Shown here: one piece after another, positions 26,525 to 39,300 of the stretch
Layout of the letters: each line of letters starts with the position of its first letter
Position numbering within the stretch: the first letter of the stretch is position 1
NCBI GenBank assembly: GCA_030390025.1
Contig: CM059431.1
Coordinates: forward strand, 102,674,001 to 102,738,000
DNA length: 64,000 nucleotides
Direction of reading: 5' to 3'
From: Squalus acanthias
Lineage: Eukaryota
Made by a program: the position numbers and the translations under genes
The notes under the pieces: generated by a model
Told to the model about the DNA's origin: nothing
Seen by the model: only the letters and a program-made list of their open reading frames with translations
Databases searched by the model: none

Positions 26525-27117
26525 GGGCTGGATTTTCAATGACCTGTGGAGTCGGGTTTGGAGGCGTGTGGGGGGTTAAAGTTGCAGATTGGGGGGGTCC
26601 CGACCCCACGCAATTTTGACAAAATCGGTCGTGTGGTTCCCGACTCCAAGAGGCGGGAGAGGCCATTAAAGCCCTCAACAAGCCCTAAATTGGCTCTGTA
26701 ATGCCATTTTGAAACATTTTAGCTAGTTTAACCCTTTTCCCACGTGAAGCACGCCTGATGTGAAACCTGGCGGGAGCACAAGTGGATAGCTGACTATGAG
26801 CTGCAGGTCCACTATTACAACGGAGATGTGATGAAGGTAGTAGTAGTATTAGGTCTGAAAGTCGCCTCTGATTGAATGTCTTCAGAGACTGCCTGGGAGG
26901 ACTTGGTTACAAAAAAACTCTCTCTCTCCCTCTCTCTCTTATCCAGGCGACTTTCAGACTGAAACCACTAATTGGTTCATGGGTTCCCATATGCTGGAAC
27001 TCAATTGCCCAATTAAGTGAAAATTGCATCAATCTCCCACATCCAATTTCAGGCGGGTGCATAACACGAAATGCGGCTAACACGACCCCAACCCGACCCC
27101 AAGACAAAATCCAGCCC
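26525..27117. mobile_element. MITE (GGGCTGGATTTT TIR family, possibly PIF/Harbinger-like), copy A
   Basis: TIRs GGGCTGGATTTT / AAAATCCAGCCC. Near-identical to 43180-44012 in the opposite orientation. Confidence 0.85.
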
Positions 27118-27910
27118 ATAGAGTGTGAAGGTGGTCAACTTTTGCAGTCTCTCAACGTGGCAAAAAGCAATAAAGTTCATGTATTGCTCTGATTCTTGTA
27201 TTGTACATATATGAAATATGAACACAATCATAAATGTATTTGAAACACTGCATACAAAAGGGCATGCTGTGCAACTATCACCAAAAAGAAATTGTGGTCA
27301 TAGTGTGAAAATACTTGTTCAAATTTAAATCTATTTGGTCGCTCACACTTTTCTCAAATAAAATTTATTAACAAAGAACATAAGAAATAGGAGTAGGAAT
27401 AGGCCACTTGGATTAAAAAAGGACTTTTTTTTTTACTTCTGTTGATCAAATGTTAGAACAAAATTCCTTCCAAGTAAGTGAAATATAATGGCAGGCTGGT
27501 ACAACGCAATAGTGATCTTAAGAAAAACTTAAAGTTTCTTGAAACCAAATCCCTTGTGATTTTTTTGGGGGGACTAGGATAGGAAGGAAAAGAAATCCCT
27601 CTTTTTTCTCTCCCTAGTGTCCTCCCCCAATTGAGAAGCTGCTTCTAGACTTGCACCAATACTACACGGAGTACAAGGTGCGTGAACTTGGCCTAGGGAC
27701 AACTCTTTCAATTTTTACCCTTCCACCTGTGGGAAGCCACTTTGCCTTCACTTGGTGCCTTCTCCCAGCAGTGCATGTGAAGACTAGGAACTGAACAAGG
27801 TTAGGGGGGCAGGAAAAGGGGCAAATTGAATTGGAGTTGCAACATGAATTGGTGCTCCAGCTCCGTGTCTCCTTTCAATTCTTCAGCTTTTGTTTCAAAT
27901 ATATACTTAC

Positions 27911-28075
27911 AACTGGCTGAATTTGAGTGCCTGGCATCATAAATTGCATCTGCTGTGCCAGCATAGCTGCAGTTGTTTTCTGTTGTATGAGATTGTTGCG
28001 TCCATTAATTTCTAACTGCGTTTTTAAATGCATTGGTGGATGAAGATATTTGCAGTTTTCTCTTGTGCAACGACC
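27911..28075 (-). CDS. MBNL2: MBNL2-like coding exon 2 (165 nt; rest of ZnF2 and linker); not annotated in the ORF track
   Basis: ACAG|GGT...GTT|GTAAGT. Translates [55 protein letters not shown], phase 0-0. Confidence 0.96.
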
Positions 28076-29135
28076 CTGTCATATGAAAGACATTTTAAAG
28101 AAGGTTTAGAAACATTTCTAATATTACCAATAGGTAGTCAGCAGATCTACAAATTCCATTATTGTACCTCCACTCCCCCCAACTCTCTCCCCTCCACAAT
28201 GCAACCAGGTTTTACTTATAAAATGAGTGCGAATATTCATCTAATAATTTAAAATGTTACTGTCAATGACAAGAAGCGTGATCAACAACTGAACCAAAGC
28301 ACCAGCCCACATTTCAATTATTTAACTTGCTTTTATCCTTTCTGTATTTTGAGTTGATATTTGATCAATAATAAAATCAAATAAACCAGGCAAAGGCCTA
28401 CAAAGAGAAAGCTAAGTAACCGATTTCAGTTATATGAAACTTTGGCCTGCATAAAATAGTTTATAAAGCATAGTATTCAAAAAGCAATCTTATGGAATTA
28501 GTAACTGCACTGAAACTTTCACTGTGGAAAATAAACTGACATCAGTCTTAAGCACATAAACATCTACTCAATGCTGTAGATTTCTGCACCACTTGTCATT
28601 GGCAACGTAAATTACAACTGTTCACATTTCTTATTTTCTCATGTAAGAAATATCTGTGTCCGTGCAACTACTTTGGTGATTTTTGTATGTTTTGTAAACC
28701 ATTGTTCAAGCACTTCTCACAGAGATAGTGAGCTGCCTTGCCTTACTGCAACTCCAATATCTTGGCCTGCAATGTATTTTCCAAGGGAGATCTCAGGAAA
28801 TTTGTTAAACTACAAAAATATTTATAGTGGAGTGTCTTTTATTATATTAAAATAAACATTACTGCAATACACATCAACAGCTGTTTATTTCACACCACAC
28901 ACTCCAACCAGCTTACTGATGTATCTATGAAGGCATGTAGGATACAAATTGATTCAAGCAATGGCAAAAGGATCAGAGACAAAGGGCCAGGGTGGGGTGA
29001 GGGGGTGGGGAGGTTTAAATGTTGCACCACAGAGAAAACCTACTGTTAAGTGACTAGCTGACCAGAAATACAGTTGCCTTGCAGAAGAAGTGTCCTAACT
29101 ATTCCTTATAGACACAAAATAAACATGTTAAACAA

Positions 29136-29338
29136 CAGGTCAGGCAGCATCTGTGGAGAGAGAAACAGAATTAACGTTTCAGGTCGATGACCCTTCGTCA
29201 GTTCTGACGAAGGGTCATCGACCTGAGACGTTAACTCTGTTTCTCTCTCCACAGATGCTGCCTTACCCGCTGAGTATTTCCAGCATTTTCTGTTTTCGTC
29301 TCAGATTTCCAGCATCCGCAGTATTTTGCTTTTGTATT
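29136..29338 (+). mobile_element. Penelope-like terminal fragment with 5' inversion (60-bp palindrome)
   Basis: Arms 29142-29201 and 29204-29263; TSD ATGTTAAACAA at 29125-29135 and 29339-29349; CTGACGA...GAAAC hammerhead-type core. Confidence 0.8.
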
Positions 29339-29599
29339 ATGTTAAACAATGTCTGAGTGTCACGATTAGGGATTATTGTTCATTTGACCTAGGAGGAATA
29401 TGAACTCAGGTTTAGGATTTTTAAGGGTTCATTCTCTCAAGTGCCCAGCATCTTCTGTCACCTTCACAGGAAGACAGACTGGTGCCAATTAAGACAAGTA
29501 CGTGATTGGTATGTTAATGAACTCAACTGACAGTTCATAAGATAATCGAAACTGGTTATGTGCGTCGCATCGAGAGAAATGCAAAAGTTGTTGATGCCA

Positions 29600-29860
29600 C
29601 AGGGTATGTTAGCCCAATGGTTATGGTGCTGGACTACCAACTCAGAGGTTGAGTGTTCAATTCCTACTATGGCAAATTGTGAAACTGAACTCAAAGATTT
29701 GTGAGCCGGCACCAGAAAAGTGAGCAAGTAGTTCACCATCATGGAATGGAACCTGCAACCCTTACATGGTCTGACTTACATGTGACCACAGTCAAACAAG
29801 CCCTACTGCCCTCAGGGCAAATAGGGATGGACAATAAATAATGCCTTGCCAAGAACAAAT
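29600..29860 (+). mobile_element. tRNA-derived SINE with a tail like the 51-53 kb LINE
   Basis: A/B-box-like head TAGCCCAATGG...GTTCAATTCC and tail GGGATGGACAATAAATAATGCCTTGCC. Confidence 0.6.
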
Positions 29861-31729
29861 TAAAAATCTTCCAGTAATCAATCACACATTAAGGACCGGC
29901 ATGTCATAACTTTTGTCCTCTGCAGAACTAAGTTCAAGAAATATACACCTTGGCATGGGTGGTAAGCTGTTTAATTGGCAGCTTTGCTGGCCAACCCCTG
30001 GGCAAGGAAAGGGTGCAAATCGCCAAACTTCTCACTGAGAGGGAACAACACAAAATCAATGAGCCACATGCTCACAGTCAGTTGGTAAGGTCAATTGAGA
30101 AAGGCAGGGAAGGTACAGGCCATTTACTAAGAGAACTAACCAGGGCAGTGTGGCGTATTTTTTTTATTATTTTCTTTATTGCGAGGAGGAACGGAAGTTA
30201 ATTTAAAGTATGGTGAGATTTGCTATAACTGTTACTCTGTATATACACTTACTGACATTAAAATAAAGCAGCTCAACGAATTGTAACTGGTCTCATCTCA
30301 CTAAAGTGTTAATCAATCCACCTTTCAGAAAATTGGGAAGCGCGTGTATGCGAAGATCATGATATTCAAATCATGTAACAAATGGGTCCCACTGTTACAC
30401 TCTTCCGGGTTACACTACGGTACATTTAGATAGTGGGTAGCGAAAGTAATTTCTTGATCGCATGGGACGTGGGCCCAGTTATGGGAGAGACCAGTGATGC
30501 TAACCCGCAAGAATATCTAAGGCAGACCCGAAATTTGTAATATTGACACTAATATTTCACAACCATCATTGAAGATTTGCCTTGTGCGCTCATTGTGCTA
30601 AAACTGCAAGTGCGTTCTTTATAAAGCTTGCGAACATGTGACTAGGGAGATATTAGGAGATTGCCAAGATATCCAGCACTTCAATCCTAAATAACTCCTC
30701 AAGGTTGCTCAGTTACTGCACTTGTTAAATCTCTTTGACTTTGGCACTGAAACACTGCGACAGTTGCTGTCGATTTTAATTCTCTAATTATAGTGTGGAA
30801 GTCAAAGATAGGTGAAATATATTGAAAAAAATCAACTGGACATGGATTTTTACATTTTCAGTAAACCAGCCGTCTCAAAAATGTCTCTGCATTCAGCAGA
30901 GAGGGATGCCAAAACATGCTGCAGTTATCAATCACAAACCCTTGTACGTCAGTTAGTTAGTGGTTGGGTAAGGGAAAAAGCAAAAGTCACAGCCAAAGAC
31001 TGCACATCTGCATAACTGAAGACTGGGACTGTCAGAGACTGAAAATTAAAAATAAAAGACAGACACCATTGCTCTTTAAGTTCATTGAGCCAGACCAAGA
31101 ATTCTAAACCTGCTGTAGCAATAATCAAGTATTGCTATACACTGACTTTTAAAACCATGATATTTAATCAACTGCATCATACTGCAGTTATGGATAGTTT
31201 GGAGTAATGAAGCTGTATTTTAATTGAGAGGTTCAGATATAACAGCAAGAGTTACACCTTATTACTTGCTCTCAAACACCTTTAACATGTTATTGTTTCA
31301 ATAAACAAAGCAAAATGGCAATTAAAATCAACATTGATTGAAGGCAAAGGTGTCTGGAAGGTAAATACTACAGAATCATTTCCATCATGTGATCCACAAA
31401 ATGGCATCAAACTGTTGCAATGTGAATGGGGTACAAAGTTGGTTATTGGGAAATGCATAAGATTTTCCTTCTCGTCTTCCAGCGATCAGCACCGGTACTC
31501 GCCAGCAGACATTGGGAAATCGTCACGGGGAGAATTTCGGGTGCGAACTTGCATCTTACTTCTTTATGGTTGGGGCACCACAGCTCTATGCAAGCACAGG
31601 GACATGTCAAACTGAATTTAAGATAAATTCTGCTGAGATTAAGTTTTTGAATTAAACAGCAACTGACAGTTTGAAAATCCAAAGCTTCCCCCATATTAAT
31701 TTTGTATCCAGCATATTAATAGACTATAA

Positions 31730-31996
31730 CAACAACAGAAACACTCAGCAGGTCAGGCCGCATCAGTGGAGGGTCCAGGACATTGCATCATCTCAGCCCC
31801 AGGACATCGCTGCAGGAGTTCCTCAGGGCAGTCTCCTAGGCCCAACCATCTTCAGCTACTTCATCAATGACCTTCCCTCCATCATAAGGTCAGAAGTGGG
31901 GATGCTCCTCCGCGGATGCTGCCTGACCTGCTGAGTGTTTCCAGCATTTTCTGTTATTTCAGATTTCCAGCACCCGCAGTGTTTTGCTATTGTATC
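31730..31996 (+). mobile_element. Chimeric Penelope-like inverted element with a captured LINE RT fragment
   Basis: TSD AATAGACTATAA at 31718-31729 and 31997-32008. Inverted arms flank sequence coding SSQPQDIAAGVPQGSLLGPTIFSYFINDLP. Confidence 0.8.
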
Positions 31997-32504
31997 AATA
32001 GACTATAATTTATTAAAACTATATATTAAGGCTGGAGATTAAAAACCAGGGTGGACTTGAACAGTAAAGAGCAGCAGCCAACTAATGGGGTTTCTTAAAG
32101 TATTCAAATTAACTTTTACATTTTGTAGCTGCCAGAATCTAATTTGATGAATGCTTTCTTTCTGCAATAAGCACACCTAGACATTTCTGTTGCAATCATT
32201 CACAAAGCAGCTTGGTGTGCTGACAAACGTTTAGATCTTTCTGATAACAGGCGGCATATGTCTGTTACTGCACCAAATGCTACGTGGGCTACATTTGCTA
32301 TACTGGCATCCACTCTAATGAATGGAGAATGCAGTCTTAACATTATTTAGCACACAAGCTCATTTCACAAACTCCCACGTTTGTTTCCACTTTCAGTTAA
32401 GGACCACAAAGTTGCACTGCAGTAACTTTAGATTAATATGTTTTTTCATACTGTGGAGTGTGGCGCTGACCCCTACCTCTATGAAAGAAAACCTGCTTCC
32501 ACTT

Positions 32505-32840
32505 GTCGATCATCTATCTACAAGATGCACTGCAGCAACTCGCCAAGGCTTCTTCGACAGCACCTCCCAAACCAGTGACCTCTTCCACCTAGAAGGACAA
32601 GGGCAGCACCACCATCTCCAAGTCACACACCATCCTGACTTGGAAATATATCGCTGTTCCTTCATCGTCGCTGGGTCAAAATCCTGGAGCTCCCTCCCTA
32701 ACAGCACTGTGGGAGTACCTTCACCACACGGACTGCAGTGGTTCAAGAATGCGGCTCACCACCACCTTTTTGAGGTCAATTCAGGATGGGCAATAAATGC
32801 TGGCCTTGCCAGCGATGCCCACATCCCGTTAACAAATTTA
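32505..32840 (+). mobile_element. LINE 3' end (same family as 51000-53205)
   Basis: Near-identical to 52850-53200. Confidence 0.88.
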
Positions 32841-35800
32841 AAAAATATATATATTAATGCCAGGAATGTTAGAAATAAATGGGAAGAACTAGAAGCATGA
32901 ATCCAGCTAGAGGGGTACAATGTAGCACAAATTAGAGACTGCACCCTCAGCAAGATTGGGAGTTAAATATACGAGGAGAAAGGATTTTTAGAAAGTAGAG
33001 AGAAAATAAGGGGTAGTTTTAATGAAATATACTAACATGGCAGTAGAATGGGCAGCAACTAAATGAGTGTAATCAGCAGATGGAATTACTATGGTTAAGG
33101 AACAGGAACGATGCAAAATGCTGGGGGAGTATTTTATCGACCTCTGATGACTTGAAGGAATGTATGTAGGAGTTCAGGAAGGCCTTCAAGAAAGATATGG
33201 TAAGTAATGGGGGATTTTAACCTCCATATAGATTGGATAGAAAAAGCAATACGAGAAAAGAGAATGGATATCCTGTCCCACACTAAATCCTATTTGCTCA
33301 CCCACCACCCTATTCTTGTTGACCTACACTGGCTCCTTGCCCTCTAATGCATCAAATTCAAAGTCATTCTCCTCGTCCATAAATCCCTCCATGGCCTTGC
33401 CCCACCCCATCTCTAATCTCCTCCCGAATACTCCATTCCTCTGTGCATCCCACCGACTCTCCAGCCCATCACTCGTGGCACAGCTTTCACTGCCTTGGTC
33501 CTACTCTTAGGAATTCCCTCCCTAAACCTCAATGCCTCTCTCTCCACCTTTAAAACCCATATAACCTATCTCTTTCACTGCATTAAGTAACCCCTCCTAA
33601 TCTCTCCCTTTGTGACTTGGTGTCATTTCCTTACATCTTGGGATGTTTCCTTATGTTCAAGGTTCTACATAAATGCAAATTGCTGATTGATCAGGATTTC
33701 TAGAATTAAAGGATTGTTATTATACGAGAGTGAACTTGGGCTCTATATTCCCTAGCGATGAGGAGGTTAAGGACTGATCTGATTGAGGCATGCTAAGTAA
33801 TGAAGGGAATCAGTCGAGTAAATAGTAAATAGGGAGTGATACTTGCCTCGAGTACGAGAACAAGGAAACATTGTTAGAATTGAAATGAAGATGATTAATA
33901 GTAAATTCAGGAAAATTATCACAGTTGAGAACATGGAACATTTGTTCTCGAAGCCATATATGCAAAGTCAATTAAGGTATTTATAAGTGCAATCAATACT
34001 TATTTGAGCAAAGCTTTTGGGCATGCTGTAAATTTCCTTTTATGCGGGTGTTTATGGTTGACAATTAATTCATTAGATTGAATATTCTTGGGGAAAGAAG
34101 TGTAGGGATAGAAAATTTGAAAGACCCACCCTGCCCCAAAAAATGCTGGTCAAAAAGGAATGCCACGGACACTGGCCATGGGCAAGTCCGTGACACAATC
34201 CATCCAGCCCCTTGCTGTAGCTTGCGCAGTGATTATTCTGTGGTGAGGCCGAGCAGAGAGGGCAAAAGGAAAATTACAATTAAGAAGTTCCAGAACTAAA
34301 CATTTAACATTAACTTGAAGTCTTCTGAAGCTAATCAAACAGAAATTCCTTTCACTTGCATTTTAAGCAATGCTGCAGCGACTAAAATGTTACTTTTTTC
34401 GGTTATCTCTTATTGTTGCAGCCAAACACATGAATCATTGATAATATTCGGTGTAGCTCATTACTGACAGTTATGAAAAGCAGCTGAAGCATCTTCCAGT
34501 GGAAGTGACTTTTTTTGCAGCTGTTGTCTATACAAGCTCTTTGTTTAGAATTCAGCACAGCTGCCTGTGTATACAAAATTAGTCAGACATTTTTCCAGTC
34601 ACATTTTCCGGTCCGTCAGCCTTTTTGCAATAATCAATTAACCAAAACAAACTTGAATAAGTAAAACAGAAATGTAGCCTGTTGCTCCTTAACCAAACCT
34701 TCTCACCATCAAGGTCTCCCTCTTTTTAAAAAAAAAAAATCTAGGGCACAATATTCCTGCGTTTGCTAATCTTAGCAAAAAGGCAGATGTGAGTAAAAAG
34801 TAGTGCACAGTTTACAATCGTTGCCAAAATGGCCGCCACAATAAATTCAAAATGGCCAACCCAATATTGTACAAAACTATATCTGAGGAAGTGCTGCTAA
34901 CTTTCTCCTGTTACTTTTTCCAAAGCTTTCTTAAAAATCGACTGGGACATGCTGGTGAGCAGAGAGCATGAGACAACCAGAGACTTCGCATGTAGCTATC
35001 TTGGGGGGGGGGGGGGGGGGGGGGAAGAAAGTGAAGTGCCAAGTGAGCCATGTCAGAAGGCTGGACACCGACTGAGGAAAGGGAAGCAAACAGTGAGCCT
35101 AAAAAGGTCAGGGCCACACAGATGACAGAAACAGGAACACTGACAATGAGCAAGATGGCCATGAGAATCTCTGGACTGTGATTTTGCTAAGCATTTGTTC
35201 CTTCACAAACGGAGTACTGTCGTTTTAATCAAAGAAACAAGCACTTACCAAAATAGGTTTGTTCCGAGATTGGAATGCTGCACTTGGGAATGTGAGTTTT
35301 CTGGTTTTCCAAATGCAAAATGCACTGCTTCGAACCATCCCCTGATGAATGGTCAGATTATTGTGGATTCCAGATAAGGGCACTCTGGATCAACAGTGTT
35401 AACCGTACTGTCAGGAGAAAGCACAGATGGCCAATTTGTCCATGCTCAGTGCTCCTCTAAAACAGTTATAAACCTGCAAAAATAGCCCAGCAAAATGTGA
35501 GCAAGGCGATGGATTGTTACTTGCTAAAACTGGATCAACTTGTGCACCATTCCATAGCTGCAGAGAATAAAAAAACATTTTGTTCGTCAGTGAGCTTAGC
35601 AAAAAAGGAAGATTGAGGTAAAGTCGCTCTTATTTCAATCTTGATTAATTCAAATTATCTGCTAATTTAAATTTCTCCAAATTGCTGTGTTATTTATGTT
35701 GCTTAATTCAAATTATTGGAAAATTCAATTTTTAAGTGCATAATGCCACTTTGAAGTAGTAGGAACAGATTGTATTAATCAATAGTACACGGGGGTTTTC

Positions 35801-35894
35801 TGCTGGAAAGCATGGGTGTAGCAGACATTGGCAGATGTATCACTGAAGAACAGACCACCCTTGGAATGTACAGGACATAGATGGTGCACAACTC

Positions 35895-36130
35895 GCAGAG
35901 GGTATTTCCCCAGACAGGGAGTACACTATAACAGTCAGCTACTGGGCATGACGGAGGAGTGAATGAAATGGATTGACCAAAGACCTACAGGGATAGGCAA
36001 CAATTTGCAATGTGCTACCAGTGGGCATGAAGTCATCACTGCCCTCAACTTTCACACCACAAGGGCCTTCCTGGCACCCACACCAGACATCTTGGGTGTT
36101 AGGCACTTTTGCCTCTGGACAACCGATTAT
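35895..36130 (+). mobile_element. Possible decayed PIF/Harbinger transposase N-terminal relic
   Basis: RGYFPRQGVHYNSQLLGMTEE* then VITALNFHTTRAFLAPTPDILGV, resembling HARBI1-family KVTAALNFYASGSFQ...GD..G. Confidence 0.45.
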
Positions 36131-36313
36131 TTCCTGCACAATAAAAGAATGAAAAAGTGGAGGATACATCAAAAACAAATTAATTTTACAAAGTGGTACA
36201 GTGATGATGGCGTACATGTTTAATGGGCTTTGCTGCCATGTTCACCCTGTGTGTGTTATGAACATGTTGGCTGTGGATGTGTCCTACTGTGTGCGTCCAG
36301 AATCGAGTAAGTA

Positions 36314-39300
36314 GAATCATAGAAAGTTACAGCACGGAAGGAGGTCATTTCGGCCCAACGTGTCCACGCCGGCCAACAAAGAGCTATCCAGCCTAATCCC
36401 ACTTCCCAGCTCTTGGTCCGTAGCCCTGCAGGTTAGAGCATCCTAAGTGCACATCCAAGTACTTTTTAAACGTGGTTAGGGTTCCTGCCTCTACCACCCT
36501 TTCAGGCAGTGAGTTCCAGACCCCCACAGCCCTCTGGGTGAAGAAATTTCCCCTCAAATCCCCTCTAAACCTTCTACCAATTACTTTAAATCTGTGCCCC
36601 CTGGTTTTTGACCCCTCTGCTAAGGGGAATAGGTCCTTTCTATCCACTTTATCTATGCCCCTCATAATTTTATACACCTCAATAAGGTCTCCCCTCAGCC
36701 TCCTCTGTTCCAAGGAAAACAGACCCAGCCTATCCAGTCTTTCCTCATAGCTAAGATTCTCTACTCCCGGCAACATCCTTGTAAATCTCCTCTGTACCCT
36801 CTCTAGTGCAATCACATCTTTCCTGTAATGTGGTGACCAGAACTGCACGCAGTACTCTAGCTGAGGCCTAACTAGTGTTTTATACAGTTGAAGCATAAAA
36901 CCCCTGCTCTTGTATTCTATGCCACGGCTAATAAAGGCAAGCATTCCGTATGCCTTCTTAACCACCTTATCTACCTGGCCTGCTACCTTCAGGGATCTGT
37001 GGACATGCACTTCAAAGTCCCTTTGTTCCTCTACACTACTCAGCGCTCCGAAAGCTTGTAATTTCAAATAAAACTGTTGGACTATAACCTGGTGTTGTGC
37101 GACTTCTCATTTTTGTCCACCCCAGTCCAACACCGGCATCTCCGCATCATGTACACTACTCAGTGTCCTACCATTTAATGTGTATTCCCTTTCCTTGTTA
37201 GCCCTCCCCATATGCATTCCCTCACACTTCTCCAGATTGAATTCCATTTACCACTGTTCTGCCCATCTTCCTGCAGTCTGCAGCTTCCTTCTTCAGTATC
37301 AACCACACTGCCGATTTTAGTATCATCTGCAAACTTCTTAATCATACCCCCCTATATTCAAGTCTAGATCATTGATATATACCACAAATAGCAAGGGACC
37401 TAGTACTGAGCCCTGTGGAACCCCACTGGAAACAGCCTTCCAGTCACAAAAACACCCATCAACCATTACCCTCTGCTTCCTATCTCTGAGCCAGTTTTGA
37501 ATCCAACTTGACACTTTGCCCTGGATCCCATGGGCTTTTAACTTCGTGACCAGTCTGCCATGTGGAACCTTATCAAAAGCCTTGCTAAAGTCCATATAAA
37601 CTACATCAAACGCACTACCCTCATCTACCCTCCTTGTTACCTCCTCAAAAAATTCAATTAAGTTTGTCAGACACGACCTTCCCTTAACAAATCCGTGCTG
37701 ACTATCCTTGATTAATCCGTGTCTTTCTAAATGAAGATTTATCCTGTCCTTCAGAATTCTTTCCAATAATTTTCCCACCACCGAGGTTAGGCTGACTGGC
37801 CTGTAATTACTTGGTCTATCCTTTTCTCCCTTTTTAAACAAGGGTACCACATTAGCAGTCCTCCAGCACCACACCTGAAGCAAGAGAGGATTGGAAAATG
37901 ATGGTCAGAGCCTCTGCTATTTCCTCTTTTGCTTCGCTTAACAGCCTGGGATACATTTCATCCGGGCCTGGGGATTTATCCATTTTTAAAGCTGCTAAAT
38001 CCCTAAATACTTCCTCTTTCACTATGTTTATTTCATCTAATATTTCACACTCCTCCCCCGATAGCAATGTCTGCTTTGCCCCTCTCCTTTGTGAAAACAG
38101 ACGCAAAGTATTCATTAAGAACCCTACCGACGTCTCCCGCCTCCACACACAGATTACCCTCATGATCTCTAATAGGCCCTACCCTTTCTTTAGTTATCCT
38201 CTTAGTCTTAATATATTTATAAAACATTTTTGGGTTTTCCTTGATTTTACTTACCAAGAATTTTTCATGCTCTCTCTTTGCTTTCCTAATATCCTTTTTA
38301 ATTGCACCCCTGCACTTTCTGTACTCAAGATTCTGGAGTATTTAGTCCTCGGTATCGGTCATACGCTTCCATTTTTTTCTTTATCCTACCCTGTATGTCC
38401 CTAGACATCCAGGGGGCTCTAGATTTGTTAGTCCCACCTTTTTTCTTTAAGGGCACATATTGGTCTGAACCCTCCGGATCTCCTCCTTGAATGCCTCCCA
38501 CTGCTCTGACACTGATTTACCTTCAAGTAGTTGTTTCCAGTCCACTATGGTTAAATCCCCTCTGAGCTTAGCAAAATTTGCTTTTCCCCAATTTAGAATT
38601 TTTATTTCTGGTCTATCCTTGTCCTTTTCCATAACTACCTTAAATCTAACAAAATTATGGTCACTCGCACCAAAATGCTCCCCCACTGATACGCCTTCTA
38701 CCTGCCCAGCTTCATTCCCTAAAACTAAGTCCAGAACCGCCCCCTCCCTTGTTGGGCTTGCTACATACTGGCTAAAAAAGTTCTGGATGCATTTTAGGAA
38801 TTCCGCACCCTCTATACCCTTCACACTAATTTTATCCCAGTTAATATTGGGGTAGTTGAAATCCCCTACTACCCTATAGTTTTTGCACTCCTCAGAAATT
38901 TGTCTACATATTTGTTCTTCTATCTCCCTCTCACTGTTTGGGGATCTGTAGTACACTCCTGTGTGATCGCCCCTTTTTTATTTTTCAATTCGACCCATAT
39001 GGCCTCGTTTGATGATCCCTCCAACATATCATCCCTCCTCATAGCTGTAATAGTTTCTTTAATCAATACCGTGACCCCCCTCCCTTTTTACCTCCCTCTC
39101 TATCCCGTCTGAAAATCCTGTAACCAGGAACGTTGAGCTGCCATACCTGCCCCTCTTTCAGCCACGTCTCTGTAATAGCTATAATATCATAGTCCAAAGT
39201 ATCTACCTGTGCCCTCAGCTCATCTGCCTTGTTCACTATACTCCTTGCATTGAAGTATATACCATTTAGTACAGGCAAACCTCCTTGTTGACTACCATCT

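Noticed and set aside
28028..28252. Plus-strand ORFs overlapping MBNL exons (also 21879-22073, 6079-6357)
   Set aside because: Antisense shadows of real coding exons.
29600..29670. tRNA-like sequence
   Set aside because: Degenerate SINE head with no complete cloverleaf.
32322..32900. 192-aa ORF
   Set aside because: Chance read-through of unique sequence, a LINE 3' end and a decayed CR1 endonuclease start.
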